Source: an uncultured Nitrososphaerota archaeon (GTDB lineage: Archaea; Thermoproteota; Nitrososphaeria; Nitrososphaerales; Gagatemarchaeaceae). From it: a stretch of 64,000 bases of DNA. Under the pieces are notes generated by a model, which was not told the origin of the DNA, ran no database searches, and was given only the letters and a program-made list of their open reading frames with translations. Below, piece after piece: positions 55,430 to 64,000 of the stretch (its first letter is position 1; each line of letters opens with the position of its first letter). Made by a program: the position numbers and the translations under genes. The stretch is from positions 480,001 through 544,000 of the forward strand of contig CAWISW010000002.1 in assembly GCA_963838925.1 (NCBI GenBank), given 5' to 3'.

Positions 55430-56722
55430 TTGTTCAGGGAGCTCCCCAGATTGCCTTCCACTTTCGACTATACCCCTCTCGGCGACGCGCTGGCTCTGCT
55501 CGCGCGAGCGCTGCCTCCGAAGGCCCGCGGCGAGAAGGCGAACGTCAGGGAGGCCTACGGCAGGATACTGGCGGCAGACGTGGTCGCCCGGGAGGACTCG
55601 CCTCGGCGGGACGTCTCACACTTCGACGGGTTCGCGGTGGTCTCGGCCGACACGATGGGCGCAACCCGCTCTTCTCCTGTCACCCTGCGCTTGAAGGGGG
55701 GAGCCGACCGGATCGGCACGGCCCCCAAGGCGAGCGTGGGCAGGGGGCAAGCCGCCAGGGTCCTGACCGGGGGCTATCTCCCCAGTGGGGCAGATGCCGT
55801 TGCTGCCGTTGAGGACGTGTCGTTGAGGGGAAGCCGAGTCGTCGTCAGGGCGCGCGTGAAGCCCAGAGAGCACGTCTACCCGGCGGGCTCCGACGTAAGG
55901 AAGGGCGAGCGCGTCCTGGTCGCCGGAAGGACCCTCGTGGGGCAGGACCTGGTGCTCCTCGCCTCCCTCCACATCGAGAAGGTACTCGCATACAGGAAGC
56001 CCAGTGTCGCCATACTTCCCACTGGCTCGGAGCTGACGACGGACATAGGGGACCGAAGCAGCGGCAAGGTCGTCGAGTCGCACAGCCTCCTGCTGGAGCA
56101 CCTCGTGGAGGAGGCGGGGGGCACGGCCACGACGCTGCCCGTCGTGGTCGACGAGAAGCGCGCCCTCTCCGCGGCCGTGAGGGCCGCCCTGAGAGGCCAC
56201 GACATCCTGTTCACGCTCGCGGGCTCCTCGGTGGGCGAGCCCGACCTCGTCGAGTCGACCTTGCGCGGCTTCGGGAGGTCCACTACGGCGCTCGTCCACG
56301 GCATCAGGGTCAACAGGGGCAGGGTGATGGGGTTCGCGGTGGTCTCGGGCAAGCCTGTGGTCATCCTCCCCGGGCCGATACAGGGCGCGCTCAACGCGTT
56401 CATCGTCCTCGGCTACCCGCTCATCAGGTACCATCTCGGGATGGGCTGGGAGCGCCCGCCCGCGGTGCCGGCGACCGTGGGGGAAGACTGGGACCCGACC
56501 GGCAAGTTCAAGGACTTCGACCAGGTGGTCTACCTGCGCCTCACGAAAGACCCCGCCACGACCGGCGGGCTGCTGGCGACCCCGTCCGGGGCGGAGACGG
56601 AGAAGGTCAGCTTCTTGGTCTCGAAGAACGCCTACGCGCTCCTCCCTGGGGACGACCCTAGGCTGACGAAGGGCGAGCGCATAGAGGCCCGGCTCCTCCC
56701 CGGCTTCTCAAGGCTCGAGTAG
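55430..56722 (+). CDS. moeA: Molybdopterin molybdotransferase MoeA
   Basis: GRILA, S.FDGFAV, TG..LP.GADAV, PTGSEL, SSVG..D and LPG. Confidence 0.9.
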   Translation: MFRELPRLPSTFDYTPLGDALALLARALPPKARGEKANVREAYGRILAADVVAREDSPRRDVSHFDGFAVVSADTMGATRSSPVTLRLKGGADRIGTAPKASVGRGQAARVLTGGYLPSGADAVAAVEDVSLRGSRVVVRARVKPREHVYPAGSDVRKGERVLVAGRTLVGQDLVLLASLHIEKVLAYRKPSVAILPTGSELTTDIGDRSSGKVVESHSLLLEHLVEEAGGTATTLPVVVDEKRALSAAVRAALRGHDILFTLAGSSVGEPDLVESTLRGFGRSTTALVHGIRVNRGRVMGFAVVSGKPVVILPGPIQGALNAFIVLGYPLIRYHLGMGWERPPAVPATVGEDWDPTGKFKDFDQVVYLRLTKDPATTGGLLATPSGAETEKVSFLVSKNAYALLPGDDPRLTKGERIEARLLPGFSRLE

Positions 56723-57361
56723 CCGCCGGGCCTCCTCTAGGTCTTCGCGGGTGTCTACGTCCGAAAGCGCCCCCTTCTTGGTAGCCTTGACCACGGTGAG
56801 CGAGCCGGCGTGCCTGCTGATCACCGACCTGGCCCCCTCGTCTCCTCGCAAACTCTCAAGCTCGTCGAAATAGTCCCTCGAGAACAGCACCGGCGGGGCT
56901 ACGAGGCGGCCGTACCCCGCAGCCACTATCTTGCCCTTTGACGACCCCGAGTCGAAGCGCCGTATCATCCGCGTCAACAGCGACCTACTCACGAAGGGCT
57001 GGTCTGCGAGTAGAAGCATCGCGCCCTCGGCATCCGGGGCCAGCGACGATATCCCCGCTCTGATCGAGCTTGCCAGCCCGGTCCGGTAGTCCTCGTTGAG
57101 CACGAACCTGACGCCCGGCAGGCCGTGAAGGGCTTTCTCGACGGCGCCAGCGCGGTGCCCTAGGACCACCACCGTCTCCCCGACCAAGGCGCGTGGGACT
57201 GCGCCGAGGACCATCCCGACCAGCGTGCCAGGCCCCAGCCTCGCCAGCTGCTTGGTCCCGCGGAAGCGGGTCGACCTCCCGGCGGCGAGGACGACGACCG
57301 AAGGCCCCCGCCTGTGGGAGACGGCTTCCCTTGCCACCTGCGTCCCGGTCCTAGCCCTCAT
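56708..57361 (-). CDS. MocA-like molybdenum cofactor cytidylyltransferase (NTP_transf_3)
   Basis: LAAG.STRF..K.LA, G.ASSI.AG, LADQP, PP.LF, GD.GAR and DVDT.ED. Confidence 0.82.
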   Translation of the reverse strand: MRARTGTQVAREAVSHRRGPSVVVLAAGRSTRFRGTKQLARLGPGTLVGMVLGAVPRALVGETVVVLGHRAGAVEKALHGLPGVRFVLNEDYRTGLASSIRAGISSLAPDAEGAMLLLADQPFVSRSLLTRMIRRFDSGSSKGKIVAAGYGRLVAPPVLFSRDYFDELESLRGDEGARSVISRHAGSLTVVKATKKGALSDVDTREDLEEARRLLEP

Positions 57362-57428
57362 CCTTTCGCCGATGAGCAAAGGGAGCAATAATATATCTGC
57401 CCGTTTGGGGCTGAGGAGAATCCAGACA

Positions 57429-57626
57429 ATGCCGCTCCAAATCCGGTCGAAGGACGAAGCAGAGACCCTGATCGAACAGGCGACCGAGGTCAGGGTGGTG
57501 AAGGGCAAGGGCGACAGCGTCAAGCTGAAGCTCAGGACGCCAAAGGCGCTCTACACCTTCGTCACGACCGCTGACGAGGCCGCCGCGATGACAAAGGGCC
57601 TGAAGACCCCGATCATCGACTTTTAA
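57429..57626 (+). CDS. rpl38e: 50S ribosomal protein L38e-like
   Basis: MPLQI.SK.E......A.EVRV.K....VKLKLRT.K.LYT matches the eL38 K.K.R..r.LYT core. Confidence 0.75.
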   Translation: MPLQIRSKDEAETLIEQATEVRVVKGKGDSVKLKLRTPKALYTFVTTADEAAAMTKGLKTPIIDF

Positions 57627-58525
57627 AGGACGTAGAACGCGACGAGCACGGCCACCCCGAGGAACATGGGGATGGGCAGGCCTGGCAGCAGCCTCGCCTT
57701 TCCCAGCAGGTAGAGGGTCATCACCACCCCGACATCAACAGCGACCAGCGCCAAGAACGCGGGCCCGAAGCCGAACTGGTAGTAGCCGAGAGCGGGCATC
57801 ATCGCGTAGAAGACCGTGTCGCCCGTCCCGATGGAAAAGTCCCCTACCTTGGACGATATCGCGGCCAGGGACTCTGCCGGAAGGGTGGTGATGAGCGTCT
57901 TGAGGGGCCCCCTGAAAACGGTGTAGATGTCGTAGAGCGAGAAGGCAACGGGGAGCAGGAGCGCGGTGAGGATCGGGATGGTGGACGCGAAGTAGCTTCC
58001 TACCTCCGCGGAGAGGAGGCCGGTGAGCACCAGGCCAAACTGCGACGGGATGCGCCGAAGGGTGACAAGCGTCAGAAGGACGAGCGCAGCCGCTGCGAAG
58101 GCCAGAGAGAGGTAGAGGGAGGTGTTTGCGTCGAGATAGTTCGAGGTCACGTCTATCGACGCAAGGAGGGTGAGGAGGAAGAGGGCCAGCCCGGTGCCGA
58201 TGTAGATTATCGCCATGAAGACCTTGGCCTGCCTCTTCCGCGCCAGCCACACCGCGGCGAGCGTCGTCGCGAAGACGAAGACGACGAGTATCGCGACGTT
58301 GGTTATCGAGCCGCCGGACGAGGTTCCCGCGGGCGCGTAGGTGTACCCGCTCGCCTGCACGACCGGGGCGTTGACCTTCGTGATCAGCAGAGCGAAGAGC
58401 TGTATGACGATGATGAAGGCGACCGTCTTTGCTGTGCCTACCGAGCTCGGCGGCTGCTCTTCAGCGTCTCCGTTCCTTGGGGGCTGGGGGATCGCGCCTG
58501 GCTGAGCCGGCACTCCTTCGGGCAA
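57623..58525 (-). CDS. Presenilin/SPP-family (A22) intramembrane aspartyl protease
   Basis: YD motif (SLYDIY), GxGD (GTGD) and PAL-like LPGLP; about nine TM segments. Confidence 0.85.
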   Translation of the reverse strand: MPEGVPAQPGAIPQPPRNGDAEEQPPSSVGTAKTVAFIIVIQLFALLITKVNAPVVQASGYTYAPAGTSSGGSITNVAILVVFVFATTLAAVWLARKRQAKVFMAIIYIGTGLALFLLTLLASIDVTSNYLDANTSLYLSLAFAAAALVLLTLVTLRRIPSQFGLVLTGLLSAEVGSYFASTIPILTALLLPVAFSLYDIYTVFRGPLKTLITTLPAESLAAISSKVGDFSIGTGDTVFYAMMPALGYYQFGFGPAFLALVAVDVGVVMTLYLLGKARLLPGLPIPMFLGVAVLVAFYVL

Positions 58526-58538
58526 CTGTGCTCACCCG

Positions 58539-59795
58539 TCACACGTCGTGGACTTCTCCGACGCGGGGAGCGAGCGCCTCCACTCCGAGCTCGGTGTGCA
58601 GCTCCTCCGCGAGCTTGAGGCAGCTCTCCTCTTCGCCGTGGACCGTCATGAACCTCGGGGACCCCTTTATCGCCCTGAGGTCGCCGTGGAGCTCGGCCTT
58701 GCCGCTGTGAGACGAGAAGTCGAACCTCCTCACCTCTGCCCTCACCTTGACGGGCTTGCCGGCTATCAGCGTCAGGCCCTTGTCGATCAGCGTCCGACCC
58801 GGGGTGCCGGGAACCTGGAAGCTGCAGATCGCAATGCCGTTCTTCTCGCCCATGGCCAACCGCTCGTTGTAGAAGACGGAGGTCCCTCCGACGAGCATGC
58901 CTGCGGGGGCGATTATGACGCCAGGCTTCTTGATGAAGTTCCTCCTCTGGTTCCAACCCGAAATGCGCTCCACGTGCTCCAGAGTGCGCCTGAACTCGGC
59001 TGGGTCCCGGAGCGTCTCCTGGTTGCGGATGAGAACCTCGTTGACCTTGAGCGCCATGCCGTCCATGGCGATGGGGTGCTTGAAGCCGTGCTTGTGTAGA
59101 GTCATGGCGAGTTCCTGGGCCCTCCCCACCGAGAACGCCGGGGCGAGAAGCACTCCTCCCCTCTCCACTATCGAGTTGGCGTAGTCCGTGAAGTCCCTCT
59201 CCACCTGGACCCTCGCGGGGTGGTCGGCCGTGGCGTACGTGCTCTCGGTTATCACTAGGTTCGCCTCCCCGAGCTCCCTGGACGACGAATTGAGCAGGTT
59301 GGTCTCGGACCCGTTTATGTCGCCCGTGTAAATCAGGCGCCTGTTGCCTGCCTCGACCGCTATGACGCAGGAGCCGGGAATGTGTCCCGCGTCATAGAAC
59401 GTGACAGTGAAGTCCTTGATCTGGAATGACTCCTTGTATGGATGGTTGACCGTCGAGCGGTTCATGGCCATGAGGTCGATGAACTCGAACGGCAGGTAGG
59501 GCCCTGAGATCTTTATGAAGTCCTCGATGAGCATGTTAGAAAGTTCGGCGGTCGTCGGGGTGCAGTGGAGCTTGACGTTCCCACCCAAGAAGAAGACGGG
59601 CGTGGCGCCGGAGTGGTCGAGGTGCGCATGGCTCAGGATGAGGCCGTCCACCGTCTTCGGCTGGACGTGCATCGGGAATCCGGGCTCCCTCGTGGTGAGG
59701 GCGCCGTAGTCTAGAATTATGTTGGAGTCGCCGTGAGAGACCAGAAACGCCGATCGGCCCACTTGTCTCGCGGCGCCTAAGACCTTTACTTGCAT
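58539..59795 (-). CDS. Beta-CASP metallo-beta-lactamase ribonuclease (aCPSF2-like)
   Basis: GA..QVGRS, HAHLDH, AGHIPG, YTGD, ESTY, GRAQE, FSSH and VHGE. Confidence 0.9.
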   Translation of the reverse strand: MQVKVLGAARQVGRSAFLVSHGDSNIILDYGALTTREPGFPMHVQPKTVDGLILSHAHLDHSGATPVFFLGGNVKLHCTPTTAELSNMLIEDFIKISGPYLPFEFIDLMAMNRSTVNHPYKESFQIKDFTVTFYDAGHIPGSCVIAVEAGNRRLIYTGDINGSETNLLNSSSRELGEANLVITESTYATADHPARVQVERDFTDYANSIVERGGVLLAPAFSVGRAQELAMTLHKHGFKHPIAMDGMALKVNEVLIRNQETLRDPAEFRRTLEHVERISGWNQRRNFIKKPGVIIAPAGMLVGGTSVFYNERLAMGEKNGIAICSFQVPGTPGRTLIDKGLTLIAGKPVKVRAEVRRFDFSSHSGKAELHGDLRAIKGSPRFMTVHGEEESCLKLAEELHTELGVEALAPRVGEVHDV

Positions 59796-59945
59796 GCGTT
59801 GAATCCGTCTGAGCTTTTCGGCCCGTTGCTCCCTCTTTAAGGGTTTGGATGGCGAGAGGTGGAGTTTGGCGGTTCGCGCAAGGGCCCTGAATTCTCACGG
59901 ACGGCCGCCATAGGCTTAAGTGTCAATTTCGGGGGCGACTCGTTG

Positions 59946-60389
59946 ATGTCAGACGATCAGTTGGCTGCGGCGAAGGTCGAGGAGATAGACAGGCTGATCG
60001 CCGACCTTCAAAAGCGGAGGAGCGAGCTTCTGGGAGGCGTCGTCGTCGCGGGGCCCGTCCCGGCAGCAGCGCCGCGGACGGAGGCCGTCGCGCCAGAGGC
60101 GCCGGCGAAGGTCGAGAGGCCGCCGATGACCGTCCCCAAGAGGCGGGAGCCGGCCAAGCCGAAGAACGCGCTCGAGGGGGCGCTGGACGCGCTGCCATGG
60201 AAGAGCTTCAAGAAGAAGGAGGGCGAGTGGGCTTTCCTCAGGGACAGGGAGGGGAGGCTGATAGACGAGCTCCAGTCCGAGAAGGAGTTCGTCGACAGGG
60301 TGAGGAAGGAGGGCGAGCTGGTCGTCGGGAAGTACCGTTACCAGGTCTCCGAGGACAAGTTCCTGAACAGGTACTACGCGGCCACCTAG
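59946..60389 (+). CDS. Hypothetical protein (coiled coil, Pro/Ala linker, compact C-terminal domain)
   Basis: Typical codon usage; LPWK...GEWAF...YRYQVSEDKFL domain. Confidence 0.65.
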   Translation: MSDDQLAAAKVEEIDRLIADLQKRRSELLGGVVVAGPVPAAAPRTEAVAPEAPAKVERPPMTVPKRREPAKPKNALEGALDALPWKSFKKKEGEWAFLRDREGRLIDELQSEKEFVDRVRKEGELVVGKYRYQVSEDKFLNRYYAAT

Positions 60390-60417
60390 GGGTCCAGCCG
60401 CAAGGAAGGCAGGAGAG

Positions 60418-60666
60418 CTAGCTGATCCCTATCTCGGGAAAGTGCGCCTTCGCGAGGCCCAGCTGGACCTGCAGAGTCCTTATCCTCTCGGCGTACTTCA
60501 GCATGTTCGGCGTGTCGGCCTGAGCTTTCGCGATCTTGTAGGCCCTCCAGGCCTTCTTCAGGGCAGCCCAGCTCTGTCCCACGCTGTAGGGCACCCGGCC
60601 CTCGACCGCCTCTGGTTCTTGGGTCCCCGGTCGGCCGAGCGACTGTCCTGGGGCCGTCTCGATCAC
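60418..60666 (-). CDS. Small hypothetical helical protein
   Basis: SVGQSWAALKKAWRAYKIAK...YAERIRTLQ..LG; start overlaps the upstream stop. Confidence 0.65.
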   Translation of the reverse strand: MIETAPGQSLGRPGTQEPEAVEGRVPYSVGQSWAALKKAWRAYKIAKAQADTPNMLKYAERIRTLQVQLGLAKAHFPEIGIS

Positions 60667-61853
60667 CCGACGACGTCCGCTTCGACGTCGGCGCCCGAGC
60701 CATCGGCCTCGTATTCCGGAGTGCTCCGCTCCTTCGCCAGCTGGTCGGGCCCCTCGCCACCCTCAGCGACCGGGACCGCTTTCTTGAACCATGCCATGGG
60801 ACGTCCCTGGTCGATCGTGACCGCCGTCAGCCTATATCCCGCGCCCTCGACCCGCGTAATCAGCGCCCTGCTTATCTGGTTCTTGCTGGGTTCGATGCTG
60901 AGGATGTCGTCGAGGATCACCCCGATGGTGTACAACGGCTCCACCTTCCACCTGAACGCCTTGAGCACCTTCGATATTCGCGCCGCCTCCTTCTTGTTGC
61001 CCTCTCCTCCCTGGATGTACCACGACTTGGAGACGAGGAGATGGGCGTCCTCGTCGTCGGGGCTCGCCAATGGGCTCGACTGCGCCTCCGCATGCGCGGG
61101 AGCAGGTTGCACCGCCGCCGGCGCGTCCCTCCGCTCGAGGTCGAGCTGCTGCTCCTGAGCGCTCTCCTGGGGCGAGCATCCGAGCTGGACCTCGGCGAGC
61201 TTGTCCGCGACCGTGGCTTGCGCTGAGGGAGTGGTAGAGGGCTCGACGGACGTCTCTGCAGACTCGGCCCTGCTGGGGAGGGAGGACGAAGCTCCGCTCG
61301 CGCCGGCCATCGCGGAATCTTCCAGGCGCTCAAGCCCCTGATCGCTCTCGGGTTCTGGCGCGGCGGCCCCCGCGGAGAAGCCCAGAAAGTCTCTGGCGTC
61401 CTCGTCGTACTCGATTGCGGCGGGCTCCCAGAAGTACCGCGCGCCGTCGAGGTCGTCGTCCGCATACTCGCAGCTGGCGAGCAGCTGCCTGACCCTCGTG
61501 CGGTTGTCGAAGCGCAGCGTGGTGACGAAGGCCTCTTCCATGTCGTCCTTGAGCCCGCGGACCCGGAACACGGGGTCACGCAGGGCGGGAAAGTTCGCCA
61601 TGTCGACCATCACCTTGGAGAGCTTCGTGCCCGTCTGTCCGTCCGGGGGCGTCTCCTGCCTTAGGGCGGCTTTGACCTCTTGGGGCCCCGAGGTCGTCCC
61701 CCCTTCGCCGCCTACTAGGACGTCGTGTCCACGGTGGCTTGCCCTGAAATGCTCCACGCTGAGATTCGAGTAAAACGACTCCGACACGCCACAGGAGTTG
61801 CACTTCACGGGGATCTTCTGCAGCGCGCTGTACTCGCCGCGGTCAGGCTGCAT
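60663..61853 (-). CDS. Hypothetical multidomain protein with N-terminal Cys/His zinc site
   Basis: CNSC...H...H.GH, a globular region, an acidic/Ala-Pro linker and a second globular region; ATG overlaps the RHH stop (TGATG). Confidence 0.65.
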   Translation of the reverse strand: MQPDRGEYSALQKIPVKCNSCGVSESFYSNLSVEHFRASHRGHDVLVGGEGGTTSGPQEVKAALRQETPPDGQTGTKLSKVMVDMANFPALRDPVFRVRGLKDDMEEAFVTTLRFDNRTRVRQLLASCEYADDDLDGARYFWEPAAIEYDEDARDFLGFSAGAAAPEPESDQGLERLEDSAMAGASGASSSLPSRAESAETSVEPSTTPSAQATVADKLAEVQLGCSPQESAQEQQLDLERRDAPAAVQPAPAHAEAQSSPLASPDDEDAHLLVSKSWYIQGGEGNKKEAARISKVLKAFRWKVEPLYTIGVILDDILSIEPSKNQISRALITRVEGAGYRLTAVTIDQGRPMAWFKKAVPVAEGGEGPDQLAKERSTPEYEADGSGADVEADVVG

Positions 61854-62026
61854 CAACGGGCGGCGACCTCCTCTTCGGGCGGCGCGAGCGGAAGCCCTCC
61901 CGCGATCAGCTCGCTCGCCGAGTCGCTGACGCTAAGCCGGCTCCTTGTCCTCTTGCTCTTGGCGGCGACGTAGTCTATCAGCCGGTTGTACACAGAGTCC
62001 TCCAATGACACGGTGATCTTCCTCAT
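61853..62026 (-). CDS. Ribbon-helix-helix protein, not in the ORF track
   Basis: MRKITVSLEDSVYNRLIDY...SVSDSASELI, the classic RHH strand-helix-helix pattern; 57 aa. Confidence 0.72.
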   Translation of the reverse strand: MRKITVSLEDSVYNRLIDYVAAKSKRTRSRLSVSDSASELIAGGLPLAPPEEEVAAR

Positions 62027-62224
62027 AGCCGCCAGTGCGATAGTAGGACGAGCATATCAACGGATTTGGCGCTCTCCAGATTTCAAAGGGAGTCCCGTTG
62101 ATTCTTCAAACAATCTGCGCGACTCGGCGCCGAGCACACGGTCGGACGTCCCGGCAATGGGACCCGCGGGCGCGCGAGTCAAACTTTAAGGACTGCATCT
62201 TGAGGAGCCGAAATAATCGCTCAA

Positions 62225-62980
62225 ATGTCGTCCCCACCGCCCCCGCCTTACTCCTCTATCCGGATACTGCCTGAGGTCATCGGGCGCGGAAAGATCGAGG
62301 CCCGCGCGCTCATCGCGGGCTTCCACGGCATAGGCGCCACCGGCTACTGGACGGTGAAGTTCCTCATCCAGGAGCTGAAGGCGAGGCGCGTCTGCTACAT
62401 CGACTCCGAGTTCGCTCCCGCGGTCTCGTCGACCGTCAAGAACGAGATATCGACGCCCTACGAGCTCTACGGCGTGGGCGACTTGCTCTTCCTCAAGGCC
62501 GAGGTTCCCCCGTTGAGGGAGAACGAGACGAGGTTCTTCAGGGAGCTCAGCCAGTGGATAATGAGCTCCGGGATACAGGAGGTCACGCTGATCGGGGGCC
62601 TCGACGAGTCGCTCCGCTCCGACGACACAAAGTACAGGCTCGTGCTCACGGACGCGATGAAGGCCGGTGAGCACGGGCGGGGGCTCGAGGCGGAGCCGAT
62701 CCTCGAGGAGGGGAGGATGATCGTGGGCCCGGTCGCCGTCATGCTGAACGCGTTCCAGATGCGGGGATACCCGGCCGCCGCGATCCTCTCCTACTCGAAC
62801 ACGGAGCGCATAGACCCGAGGGCGGCAGCAGCGGCAGTCGACTTCGTCGCCAGGAGGTACGCGCTCCAGGTGAACACGGAGCCGCTCATCAAGGGCGCCG
62901 AGGAGCTCGAGAAGGAGCTGGTGGGGCTGGCGCAGAAGGACAAGGACAAGGGCGGGCCTTCCGGCGCGATATACTCCTAG
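62225..62980 (+). CDS. Proteasome assembly chaperone PAC2-family protein
   Basis: GFHGIG.TG, IGGL, I.GP.A.ML and DPRAAA. Confidence 0.85.
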   Translation: MSSPPPPPYSSIRILPEVIGRGKIEARALIAGFHGIGATGYWTVKFLIQELKARRVCYIDSEFAPAVSSTVKNEISTPYELYGVGDLLFLKAEVPPLRENETRFFRELSQWIMSSGIQEVTLIGGLDESLRSDDTKYRLVLTDAMKAGEHGRGLEAEPILEEGRMIVGPVAVMLNAFQMRGYPAAAILSYSNTERIDPRAAAAAVDFVARRYALQVNTEPLIKGAEELEKELVGLAQKDKDKGGPSGAIYS

Positions 62981-63004
62981 GAAGAAGATACCTTCGCACA
63001 GGAG

Positions 63005-64000
63005 CTAGGCGCCGCGAGAGCGGAAGGCCTTGTCCTTCTCAGCCCCGCCGACCAAGACCTTCGCGTATCCCATCGCCTTGAGCTTCTTGACGCCCGCCTT
63101 GACCGAGGCCTCCGGGGCCGCCCTGTCGGAGATGGTCTGGGCGAACGGGAAGACGAACTCGAGCTCCGCGGGGTAGGGCCCGAGCAAGGGGTTGATCCTG
63201 AAGATGTCTGCCTCCTCGAGATGGGGGATCCTCCTCAGCTTGCCCGAGGTCTTCGTCAAGGGAGGCGCCGCCGAGCTGGGAGCCAGGACCGCCGTCCTCC
63301 GGGCCCTCCGTCCCGTCCCCCTTACCATCAGCTTGTCGAGATGTCTTCTTGCGAGCGCGAGCTCCGGCCGGAGCGTGTCCTCCTCGCTCCTCACCATCAG
63401 CCCCCTGAGCTTGAGAAGGCGCGTAGGCTTGACCAGCCAGTCGGCGTGGTCCCGGATGAGCGCCCTGAAGGCGGCGGCGGAGTTGGTGTGCGCCATCGCG
63501 CGCTCCTCCACGAGGTCCCAGAGCCTGCCCTCGTAGATGGCCTCCTTGCACCTCAGGACGTCCGCGCGGAGCACGTGGAGGTTGTGGAGGGCGACCTTCC
63601 GCACCCGGTCCTCCCTCGGCGTCGCGCGGAGGCCGTTCAGGCTGGTCCCGTTGCAGACCGGGCAGCTGCAAGGGAGGTAGGTCATGCGGTCGAGCTGCAG
63701 CGTCCCCCTCTCCGTCATGTACCGCTCCTTCTTCGCGTAGAGCATGTAGCTCGCGGAGTCGAACGTGTCGCACCCCAGCGCGATCGACATGGGGAGTGTG
63801 AGCGGGTGCCCGGCCCCGAAGAGGTGGAGCGGCATCGAGTAGGGCATGCTCTGCCTAGCGTTGACTATCATCTCGACGAGCGGCGTGAACAGGTAGCCCT
63901 CCATGAGCTCCACGGGGCTGCCCAAGGCGAGGACCTGGAACCCGGCCCTGACCAGGCCTTTGGCGGACGTCCTCACGAGGTCGCCGAAGGTGCCGCCCTG
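63005..64000 (-). CDS. tgtA: Archaeosine tRNA-guanine(15) transglycosylase, 5' end outside the window
   Basis: PLHLFGAGHP, GCDTFDSASY, CSCPVC, HNL and EGRLW.LVE.R..AH. Confidence 0.9.
   Translation of the reverse strand, partial: QGGTFGDLVRTSAKGLVRAGFQVLALGSPVELMEGYLFTPLVEMIVNARQSMPYSMPLHLFGAGHPLTLPMSIALGCDTFDSASYMLYAKKERYMTERGTLQLDRMTYLPCSCPVCNGTSLNGLRATPREDRVRKVALHNLHVLRADVLRCKEAIYEGRLWDLVEERAMAHTNSAAAFRALIRDHADWLVKPTRLLKLRGLMVRSEEDTLRPELALARRHLDKLMVRGTGRRARRTAVLAPSSAAPPLTKTSGKLRRIPHLEEADIFRINPLLGPYPAELEFVFPFAQTISDRAAPEASVKAGVKKLKAMGYAKVLVGGAEKDKAFRSRGA

Noticed and set aside
302-63773. Many long ORFs overlapping real genes (e.g. 302-1375, 2745-4433, 6434-7804, 14993-16405, 26760-28214, 44804-46039)
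   Set aside because: Antisense or alternate-frame shadows caused by high GC3; Arg/Gly/Pro-rich, with no motifs, and overlapping well-supported genes.
1-64000. tRNA, rRNA, CRISPR array or provirus
   Set aside because: No cloverleaf, rRNA-like tract, repeat-spacer array, integrase or virion gene found by eye; a tRNAscan-SE/Infernal run would be needed to exclude small RNAs.

Overview
GC-rich archaeal chromosomal segment. The gene set (eS26, eS25, eL38-like protein, RpoK, Alba, tRNA splicing endonuclease, archaeal ProRS, AspRS with GatCAB, archaeosine TGT, PAC2, cofCDE, a membrane-anchored PQQ-type dehydrogenase) fits a non-ammonia-oxidising Nitrososphaerota (Thaumarchaeota)-like organism; this taxonomy is inference. 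Most of the window is housekeeping: translation, Moco and F420 synthesis, Tat export and sugar-nucleotide metabolism. Most long overlapping ORFs in the track are antisense or alternate-frame shadows. Five items stand out. (1) A complete 1,983-bp IS6-family element (29147-31129) has an exact 8-bp target duplication, 48-bp imperfect terminal repeats, a SWIM/Zn-ribbon DDE transposase, an uncalled divergent ribbon-helix-helix gene with candidate operators, and membrane-protein cargo. (2) A 361-aa LAGLIDADG-type intein sits in the DLPPG^TGD motif of the Fe-S carrier Mrp/ApbC. (3) A kinase-free signalling island (roadblock-like, DUF3227-like, wHTH, single-domain KaiC, stand-alone membrane sensor) lies between aspS and gatCAB. 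(4) An HTH plus solute-binding-fold regulator faces a nucleobase permease across a palindromic operator. (5) Several conserved genes appear to need ACG or CTG starts. There are also two broken genes and several uncalled small proteins. No tRNA, rRNA or CRISPR array was seen.
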